Below are positions 57,386 through 64,000 of a DNA stretch of 64,000 nucleotides, piece by piece. The notes beneath the pieces were generated by a model. It was not told the DNA's origin. It made no database searches and worked only from the letters and a program-made list of their open reading frames with translations. The DNA lies in the NCBI GenBank assembly GCA_017959905.1, contig JAGCZS010000003.1, forward strand, positions 20,130 to 84,129, read 5' to 3'. The stretch's first letter is position 1; the number at the start of each line of letters is the position of its first letter. Both the position numbers and the translations under genes were made by a program. Origin of the DNA: Bacilli bacterium. GTDB lineage: Bacteria; Bacillota_I; Bacilli_A; RFN20; CAG-826.

Positions 57386-58402
57386 ATGAGTGGAAACGAA
57401 AATATAGCACAAGAAAAAGAAAAAACAAAAAATGAAGAAGAAAATAAAAACGAAGACAACATAATTAAAATACAATCTGTAACATTAAGAAATTGTTTAA
57501 GCGCTGATTGTCATTTTGGTACTACTAATAGAAAACGAAATAAAAAAATGAGTAGTTTTATTTGCGCATTTGTTAATGGCATTAATATTATTAATTTAAA
57601 TAAAACTATAATTAAAATGAAAGAAGCTTATCAAGCGGCTTATGATATTACCAAAAACGGTGGAAAAATACTTTTTATAAACAAAAATGAAAAAGCAGAA
57701 AAAGAGATTATCGACGATGCTGACCGATCTGGATCGTTCTATATAGTTAAAAGATGGTTAGGTGGAACATTTACAAATTTTAAAGTAATTAGAACGTGTA
57801 GTAGAAAATTAAAAAAACTTGAAAGAGACATTGAAGATAACGCTATACAAGATCTAAGTAAAAAAGAACAAGCTTTAATACACAAAAAAATATTCAAAAT
57901 GTCTAAAAATTTAGAAGGCATTAAAGATATGATTAAATTGCCGCAAGCGGTCTTTATTACTAATCCTAACGATAACAAAATTGCCGTAAAAGAAGCAAAA
58001 GATATGAATATTAAAGTTTTTGCTATTGCAAATACCGACTGCAATCCTGATAACATTGATTTTATTATTCCTGCTAATAATAACTCTGTAAATTCAATTA
58101 AATTGATATCCAATCTAATATCAGATGCCATAGTTAGCGCAAAATGTGGATTAAAAAATATAACTTTCGAAGAAAATAACAACAATAACACGGTTCGACT
58201 TATAACAATAAGAGATGCAAAAGAGAAAATAGCTAAAAAAATTTCAGCAATAAGAGCGGCAAAAAAAGAAAAACATGAACATATGTTAAACAAAACAAAA
58301 ATGAGAAAAATTAACGACCAAAAAAAAGAAAATGATTCCACAAATGAGTCCGAAGAAAAAAAAATATCCGAAGAAAATGGTAATGAAAAAAATAAACAAT
58401 AA
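57386..58402 (+). CDS. rpsB: 30S ribosomal protein S2 with K/E/N-rich terminal extensions
   Basis: The core LRNCLSADCHFGTTNRKRNKKMSSFICAFVNGINIINLNKT...WLGGTFTNF...PQAVFITNPNDNKIAVKEAKDMNIKVFAIANTDCNPD aligns with S2. It has a low-complexity N-terminal extension of about 27 aa and a C-terminal extension of about 70 aa. Confidence 0.9.
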   Translation: MSGNENIAQEKEKTKNEEENKNEDNIIKIQSVTLRNCLSADCHFGTTNRKRNKKMSSFICAFVNGINIINLNKTIIKMKEAYQAAYDITKNGGKILFINKNEKAEKEIIDDADRSGSFYIVKRWLGGTFTNFKVIRTCSRKLKKLERDIEDNAIQDLSKKEQALIHKKIFKMSKNLEGIKDMIKLPQAVFITNPNDNKIAVKEAKDMNIKVFAIANTDCNPDNIDFIIPANNNSVNSIKLISNLISDAIVSAKCGLKNITFEENNNNNTVRLITIRDAKEKIAKKISAIRAAKKEKHEHMLNKTKMRKINDQKKENDSTNESEEKKISEENGNEKNKQ

Positions 58403-58442
58403 ACAAAAAATTATAATACGATTTTAAGGAAATTAATATTTT

Positions 58443-59255
58443 ATGGACAAAGAATTTTTAAAAAAAGTTCAAGAATTAAAAAAATTGACACAAGTCGGGT
58501 ATAATATATGTATTGAAGCGCTTAAAAAAAATAATAACGATATTGAAAAATCCATTGAGTGGTTAAGAATACAAGGCATCGTTAAAGCGACAAGCAGGGA
58601 ACATAGAAAAGCAAAAGAAGGCATCGTTAAATGCTTTTGCGAAGAAAATACGGCTGTAATTTTTGAAATCAATTGCGAAACGAGCTTTGTTGCAAAAAAT
58701 GATTTATTTTGCGAACTAGCGAATAATTTTGCCAAAGAATGTTTAAAAAATAAAAATATTACAAACTTTGAACAAGCTGAAAAAATCTTTGCTCAAATGT
58801 CTGCTTTACTATTAATGTCAATAAAAGAAAAAATTGTATTAAAAAGATTTGAAAAAATTAGCAAAAAGGAAAATGAATGTTTTGGATTCTATAATCATAT
58901 GGGTAATACCGCATGTGTTGTAATTCTCGAAAAAAATAATCCTGAATTAGCAAAAGAAATGGCTGTACATATCACAGCAAATGACACACGATATATAAAT
59001 TTTGAAAATGTCGAAAAAACATTTATTGATAAGGAAAAAAAAATAGCCTTAGAAACCATTAAAAATGATAAAAAATTAGCAAATAAGCCAAAAAAATTGA
59101 TTAATGATATTATCAATATGAAAATACATAAAAATATTGACCCTTTTGTTTTAAATGAACAAAAATTTGTTTATAACGAGGAAGAAAAAGTATCTTGTTA
59201 TTTAGAAAAAAATAAAAACAAAGTCGTTAATTTCTTTAAATATACAATTAAATAA
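58443..59255 (+). CDS. tsf: elongation factor Ts
   Basis: The N-terminal UBA-like LKKLTQVGYNICIEALKKNNNDIEKSIEWLR, and its position after rpsB; 270 aa. Confidence 0.88.
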   Translation: MDKEFLKKVQELKKLTQVGYNICIEALKKNNNDIEKSIEWLRIQGIVKATSREHRKAKEGIVKCFCEENTAVIFEINCETSFVAKNDLFCELANNFAKECLKNKNITNFEQAEKIFAQMSALLLMSIKEKIVLKRFEKISKKENECFGFYNHMGNTACVVILEKNNPELAKEMAVHITANDTRYINFENVEKTFIDKEKKIALETIKNDKKLANKPKKLINDIINMKIHKNIDPFVLNEQKFVYNEEEKVSCYLEKNKNKVVNFFKYTIK

Positions 59256-59263
59256 CATACACC

Positions 59264-59971
59264 ATGTTAAAATATAAAAAAATTTTAATTAAACTTTCGG
59301 GAGAGAGTTTATCAAACGAAAAAAATATTTTAAATGAGGAAAATATTAACGAAGTAATTAAAACAATAAAAGAATTAGTTAAATTAAACGTTAGTATTGC
59401 TATTGTTGTTGGCGCTGGTAATATTTGGCGCGGGTCTAATAATCTCTTAATTAAAAATAAAATAACCAGCGATTACGTTGGAATGATGGCGACTTTTATT
59501 AATGCCTTAATATTGCAGGAAAAGATTAAAGAAGAAATAACTAACGATTGTTATGTCATGTCTAAAATAAACTGCAGCTTATCAAAACAATATTCACAAA
59601 ATAAAGCCATATCATACTTTAATAATAAAAAAATAATAATCTTCGCCGGCGGGACTGGCAATCCGCTATTTACAACAGATACAGCTGCTAGCTTATTTGC
59701 TATCGAAATAGGAGCCGAAGCTATTTTTATGTCGAAAAATAATATTAATGGCGTTTATGATTGTGATCCAAATAAATTTAAAAATGCTAAATTCATCAAA
59801 GAAATTACTTTTGATGGAGCAATCCAAAAAAAATTAAGAGTTATGGATTTAACAGCCTTAACGTTATTAAACGATTGGCAAAAAATAAATATGCATGTTT
59901 TTTCTTTAAAAAAAGATAATTTTATTAAAACTATACAAGGTAAAAATGTGGGCACATTTTTACATAAATAA
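59264..59971 (+). CDS. pyrH: UMP kinase
   Basis: YKKILIKLSGE, VVGAGNIWRG, DYVGMMATFINAL and FAGGTGNPLFTTDTAA motifs. Confidence 0.93.
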   Translation: MLKYKKILIKLSGESLSNEKNILNEENINEVIKTIKELVKLNVSIAIVVGAGNIWRGSNNLLIKNKITSDYVGMMATFINALILQEKIKEEITNDCYVMSKINCSLSKQYSQNKAISYFNNKKIIIFAGGTGNPLFTTDTAASLFAIEIGAEAIFMSKNNINGVYDCDPNKFKNAKFIKEITFDGAIQKKLRVMDLTALTLLNDWQKINMHVFSLKKDNFIKTIQGKNVGTFLHK

Positions 59972-59984
59972 AAAGGTTTAAATT

Positions 59985-60545
59985 ATGGAAGAAAAAGTAT
60001 TAGAAATTACTGAGACGGAAAAGGAAATAAATAACGTAATTAAAAAAGTTTCGGATAATTTTGGAAAGTTAAGAACTAATTTAACAAATCAAAGTATATT
60101 TAATGAGGTCTATATTGATTATTACGGCAGTAAAACGCCAATTAATCAAATATCAAAAATTTTACTAAGCGGCAATAATCTTTTTATTATTGATCCATAC
60201 GAACAAAATAAAGATATTTTAAAAAATATTAGTGCTGCCATTTCTAAAAGCAATCTCGGTTTTACACCAAATATTAAAGATAATAAAATCGAAATATATA
60301 TACAGCCATTAACCACAGAAACACGAAAAAAAATAGTTGGCGAAGCAAAAAAATATTATGACACTGCTCAACAAGAAATACGAATTATTCGTCAAAATAT
60401 TTTAAGAGATTTAAAAAACAGCGAAGAATATTCAGAAGATTTAAAAAAACATTTACAAAATAAAATACAAAAAATTATTGATGATGGTGAAGAAAAAATA
60501 AGAATTATGTTTCAACAAAAAGAACAAAATATAATGAAAATTTAA
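59985..60545 (+). CDS. frr: ribosome recycling factor
   Basis: 186 aa, with FGKLRTN...V.IDYYGSKTPINQI and PLTTETRKKIVGEAKK...IRIIRQN as in Frr. It lies after pyrH. Confidence 0.92.
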   Translation: MEEKVLEITETEKEINNVIKKVSDNFGKLRTNLTNQSIFNEVYIDYYGSKTPINQISKILLSGNNLFIIDPYEQNKDILKNISAAISKSNLGFTPNIKDNKIEIYIQPLTTETRKKIVGEAKKYYDTAQQEIRIIRQNILRDLKNSEEYSEDLKKHLQNKIQKIIDDGEEKIRIMFQQKEQNIMKI

Positions 60546-60565
60546 CTTAATAACACATATTTTTT

Positions 60566-61906
60566 ATGAATATTTTTTTTTATAATTCATTGACAAAGAA
60601 AAGAGAATTATTTAAAAGTATCAAAAAAAATAAAGTTTCTATTTATGTTTGTGGCCCGACTGTTTATGATCATTTACACATCGGAAACCTCCGACCGATA
60701 GTAGTATTTGATGTATTGCATAGATTCTTTAACTATTTAAAATATAAAGTAACTTTTGTTTCAAATTTTACTGATATCGACGATAAAATTATTAATAAAG
60801 CTTCCATTGAAAAAAAAACCGAAAAAGAAATAGCTGATTTTTACATAAAAGAAGCTCAAAAAATTATTAAAAAAATTAATTGTTTAAAAACTGATTTTTC
60901 TCCGCGTGTAACAAATTATATTGACAAAATAATTATTTTTATTCAAAAATTAATTGAAAATAATAATGCCTATGTCAATAACGATGGAAATGTTTTATTT
61001 GATGTAAAAACGATTAATAATTATGGGGAATTATCAAATATAAACATTGAAAAATTAATTAAAAATAATGATGATAATATTGAAAAAAAAAATAATCTTG
61101 ATTTTGTGCTCTGGAAAAAGACTAACGCTGGTATTCAATGGGATTCTCCTTGGGGTCGTGGCAGACCTGGATGGCATACAGAATGCTGCGTTATGATTAA
61201 TGATTTGTTTTCAAACAAAAAAATTGACATTCATGGTGGCGGTTTTGATTTAAAATTTCCCCATCACGAAAATGAAATTGCTCAAAATAAAGCCGCATAT
61301 AAAAATAAATTAGCTAATTATTGGCTTCATAACGGTTTTATAATGATAAAAAATAACAAAATGAGTAAATCATTAAAAAATTTCATTTTTGTTAAAGATC
61401 TCATGAAAAAATATGATAGTAATTCTATTCGCTTATTGTTGCTTCAAACTCATTATCGATCTCCGTTATCTTTTGATGAAGAAAAATTAATTTTGTCTAA
61501 AGAGCAAATAAAAAAAATAACTAGTACTTATAATAAATTAGCTATTTTTTTACAAAAAAATAACATTGATAATATTGAAAAAAAAATTAAAAATATTAAA
61601 ACAAGTCTTGAACAATTTTTACTTTTTTTAGCTGATGATCTTAACATGTCGTTGTCTTTATCGTATTTATATGGCGTTTTAAAAAAAATAAATTTAAATA
61701 TAAAAAATAGAAATTTAAATAAATGTCTATGTCTTTTTAAAGAAATAACAGATATTTTTTATATTCTTGGATTTAAAATAAACTATTATCATATAACAAA
61801 AGAAGATAAAAAAATGTTGAAGGATTTTGAAAACGCTCGAAAAGATAAAAATTTTGTTCAAAGTGACAAATTAAGAAAAAAATTAATTAAAAAAGAATTG
61901 CTATGA
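60566..61906 (+). CDS. cysS: cysteine--tRNA ligase
   Basis: YVCGPTVYDHLHIGNLR (HIGH), WGRGRPGWHTEC (Zn site) and KMSKSLKN (KMSKS). Confidence 0.95.
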   Translation: MNIFFYNSLTKKRELFKSIKKNKVSIYVCGPTVYDHLHIGNLRPIVVFDVLHRFFNYLKYKVTFVSNFTDIDDKIINKASIEKKTEKEIADFYIKEAQKIIKKINCLKTDFSPRVTNYIDKIIIFIQKLIENNNAYVNNDGNVLFDVKTINNYGELSNINIEKLIKNNDDNIEKKNNLDFVLWKKTNAGIQWDSPWGRGRPGWHTECCVMINDLFSNKKIDIHGGGFDLKFPHHENEIAQNKAAYKNKLANYWLHNGFIMIKNNKMSKSLKNFIFVKDLMKKYDSNSIRLLLLQTHYRSPLSFDEEKLILSKEQIKKITSTYNKLAIFLQKNNIDNIEKKIKNIKTSLEQFLLFLADDLNMSLSLSYLYGVLKKINLNIKNRNLNKCLCLFKEITDIFYILGFKINYYHITKEDKKMLKDFENARKDKNFVQSDKLRKKLIKKELL

Positions 61907-62622
61907 TTATTTACGGAAAACATCCGGTGCTTGAAGCTATTAACAACGATCAAGCCACTAAAATTTACATTTTAGAAAATTTTAAAGATCCTAAAATTTT
62001 ATTACTATTATCAAAAAAAGATATTAAAAAAGAAATATATAATTTAAAACAATTATTTTTTTTAACAAAAACCTATAAAAATCAAGGTATTGCTGCAGAA
62101 ATAAAGCCATACAAATACTACAAATTACAAGACCTAATCAATGATGGCAAAAAACAAAAAAATCCAACAATAGTTATGTTAGATAAAATTGAAGACCCTC
62201 ATAATTTTGGGGCTATTTTACGTATTGCTGATGCTTTCGGAATTGTTGGCATAATTATAAAAGAAATAAAACAAGTTCAGTTAAATGCTACCGTTGCTAA
62301 AGTTTCTGCAGGAGCAATAAATTTTATTAAAGTCGTAAGAGTTGCTAATTTAAATAACACAATTTCTTATTTGAAAAAATTTGGTTATTGGATTGTTAGT
62401 ACAGATAGCAATAGTAAAAAATACTATACCGATATAAAATATAATTTTCCTATGGTTATAATAATTGGTAATGAGGGAGCAGGGATATCAGAATTATTAA
62501 AAAAAAATAGCGATTTTATACTAAAAATTCCTATGTTTGGACATATTAATTCTTTAAATGCAAGTAACGCTTTGAGTGTTATCTTAACGTACGCATATAT
62601 TGCAAAAAATAATATTTTTTAA
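61903..62622 (+). CDS. rlmB: SpoU/TrmH-family 23S rRNA (guanosine-2'-O)-methyltransferase (RlmB/YacO-like)
   Basis: DKIEDPHNFGAILRIADAFG, IIIGNEGAGIS and SLNASNALSVIL SPOUT motifs. It follows cysS as in Bacillus. Confidence 0.85.
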   Translation: MIIYGKHPVLEAINNDQATKIYILENFKDPKILLLLSKKDIKKEIYNLKQLFFLTKTYKNQGIAAEIKPYKYYKLQDLINDGKKQKNPTIVMLDKIEDPHNFGAILRIADAFGIVGIIIKEIKQVQLNATVAKVSAGAINFIKVVRVANLNNTISYLKKFGYWIVSTDSNSKKYYTDIKYNFPMVIIIGNEGAGISELLKKNSDFILKIPMFGHINSLNASNALSVILTYAYIAKNNIF

Positions 62623-62637
62623 GATAATCAAAATATT

Positions 62638-62713
62638 GTTCTCTTAGCTCAAGCGGATAGAGCTACGGTGTCCTAAACCGCAGATAGGTGTTCGAATCAT
62701 CTAGAGAACACCA
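62638..62713 (+). tRNA. tRNA-Arg (anticodon CCT)
   Basis: Hand fold: GTTCTCT-TA-GCTC-AAGCGGATA-GAGC-T-ACGGT-GTCCTAA-ACCGC-AGAT-AGGTG-TTCGAAT-CATCT-AGAGAAC-A-CCA. It has U33 and A37. G32 and the A27:C43 mismatch are slightly unusual. Confidence 0.75.
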
Positions 62714-62724
62714 AAATAAGAAAA

Positions 62725-64000
62725 TTAATTTTTTTTGAGAATACTGGATATACTTTTTTTTGCTATAAATATTATTGGTAATAATACAGAAACAAAAGAT
62801 ATAACAAACCAATAACCAATCATAATGACTATCCTAAAGAGATTTTTTAACGATAAAAAATCAGATAAAATTCCAAACGTTTCAATTAAAAAAATTTGCG
62901 ATATTAAAAGCGCTAAAAACAATATAGAAGCAAATTCTAAAAAATATATAGCAAATATACTAAAATGACTTGCGCCAATAGATCTTAAAATACCGATTTT
63001 TTGTTTATTATTTCTTATAACATGTCCAATAGAACGTGATGACATAAAAATAGAAAACAATATTATAATACCTGTAATTAAAATTAACCATTTTATAACA
63101 GTTGCAACGTTTTCATCATTAAAATCAATAGCATTATTTTTTTCTATTTGCGGAAGCATTTCTTCCTTGAATTTAATCGCTAAAATAAGAATTGAGCTTA
63201 ATATAATAAAAATTAAAGTATGTTCTACTATTTCTATAACCGTGCGTACCTTACGATTTTTTAAATTATCCAATATAATTTTAACCATATATTTAACAGG
63301 GATAATGGCAAAACGATAATTGTCTATTTTGATTTTTTCACTAAAAATATCATTAACTATATTTTCTATTATATTACGTTTTTGATTTATTTCGCTGTTA
63401 TCATCTAGAATCATTTTTTTTAAAATTTTTTTTTGGTTATCTTTTTTTAAAAAATCATCAACTATATCTTTATCTTTAAATAATTCTACTTTGCTTTTAC
63501 AAAATTCTAATTTACCATTTTTTAATAAAATGACATTATCTGCTTCATTAATTATTGATAAATCGTGTGAGACAACAACAACTAATTTTTTGGCAGATAA
63601 TTGTTTTAAAAATTCAATAACAATTTCTTTTGTGTTTTCGTCAAGCGATGAAGTTGGCTCGTCGGCAATTATCATTTTTGGATTACGATAAATTGCTCTA
63701 ACTATTGATGATCTTTGAATTTGCCCACCACTCAAATTTATTATTTTTTCATCAAATTGATTATTAATTTTTAATAACTCTAAAATTGGCAAAATTTTTT
63801 TATCTTCAAAATCACGATTTTGTATAAAACAAGCCAAATTAACATTTTCTTTTATTGTTAATTCTGGAACTAAATCTAGAACAGAAACATTTTGCGAAAT
63901 AAAAGATAAATAATTACACCTAAAATCATCATACATTTTTGAAGAAAAATCATTCATCGAAGTACCATCAACAATTATTTCCCCGTTTGTAGGTGTCTCA
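62725..64000 (-). CDS. fused ABC transporter ATPase + FtsX/MacB-type permease (5' end beyond the right edge)
   Basis: The reading frame stays open past the track's first Met to the window edge (...ETPTNGEIIVDGTSMNDF...). It has the ABC signature LSGGQIQRSSIVRA, Walker B IIADEPTSSLD and H-loop VVSHD. The C-terminal TM region IGILRSIGASHFSIFAIYFLE is FtsX-like. Confidence 0.8.
   Translation of the reverse strand, partial: ETPTNGEIIVDGTSMNDFSSKMYDDFRCNYLSFISQNVSVLDLVPELTIKENVNLACFIQNRDFEDKKILPILELLKINNQFDEKIINLSGGQIQRSSIVRAIYRNPKMIIADEPTSSLDENTKEIVIEFLKQLSAKKLVVVVSHDLSIINEADNVILLKNGKLEFCKSKVELFKDKDIVDDFLKKDNQKKILKKMILDDNSEINQKRNIIENIVNDIFSEKIKIDNYRFAIIPVKYMVKIILDNLKNRKVRTVIEIVEHTLIFIILSSILILAIKFKEEMLPQIEKNNAIDFNDENVATVIKWLILITGIIILFSIFMSSRSIGHVIRNNKQKIGILRSIGASHFSIFAIYFLEFASILFLALLISQIFLIETFGILSDFLSLKNLFRIVIMIGYWFVISFVSVLLPIIFIAKKSISSILKKN

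Noticed and set aside
57739-58341. 200-aa ORF antisense to rpsB, plus similar long antisense ORFs (30134..30706 and 32171..32554 opposite pheT, 33873..34322 opposite the BI-1 gene, 14851..15219 opposite ispF, 52794..53162 opposite deoC, 56528..56881 opposite topA, 42739..43083 opposite hsdM).
   Set aside because: The sense strands here are A-rich and T-poor (Lys/Glu/Asn codons), so the complement is A-poor and cannot form TAA, TAG or TGA. The predicted products are F/L/I/S-rich low-complexity mirrors of well-supported conserved genes. I read them as shadow ORFs.
1-64000. Possibility that this is a genetic code 4 (TGA=Trp) Mollicute.
   Set aside because: All conserved genes read through at full length under the standard code. 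TGA is used as the terminator of feoB, fba and the DUF1538 gene at positions where the homologues end, and Trp positions are TGG.

Overview
This window is a very AT-rich, gene-dense bacterial chromosome segment. It uses the standard genetic code: TGA closes feoB, fba and the DUF1538 gene, and Trp is TGG. Gene content and local gene order look like a reduced Bacillota/Mycoplasmatota-type genome. Examples are dnaX-recR-tmk-holB-yaaT-rsmI, prfA-prmC-ywlC-rpiB, tig-lon-engB, gap-pgk-tpi, rpsB-tsf-pyrH-frr and cysS-rlmB. About 90% of the window is ordinary housekeeping: Suf Fe-S assembly, replication clamp loader, FeoAB, glycolysis, four aminoacyl-tRNA synthetases, translation factors, Lon/Tig and TopA. 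I found six scattered tRNA genes by eye (Ala-GGC, His-GUG, Glu-CUC, Gly-GCC, Gly-UCC, Arg-CCU). I also found three small genes missing from the ORF track: rpsU, a FeoB-associated Cys-rich peptide, and the partial sufS at the left edge. The only clearly accessory region is 39.1-46.6 kb, bounded by tRNA-Ala and tRNA-His. It holds an intact type I hsdM-hsdR pair with no hsdS gene, and the hsdR stop codon sits inside the tRNA-Ala acceptor stem. Next to that pair is a visibly more GC-rich, stop- and frameshift-riddled N6-adenine methyltransferase plus further coding debris. No integrase, transposase, CRISPR array or rRNA was seen. Other points worth a second look are a tandem pair of large membrane-anchored lineage-specific proteins (19.9-23.0 kb), a DUF1538 membrane protein with two PII-like genes, a perfect 133-bp tandem duplication inside topA, and an ORF-poor 487-bp spacer between two convergent tRNA-Gly genes. 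All calls come from reading the sequence and ORF track by eye, with no searches run. Hand-counted RNA coordinates may be off by 1-2 nt.
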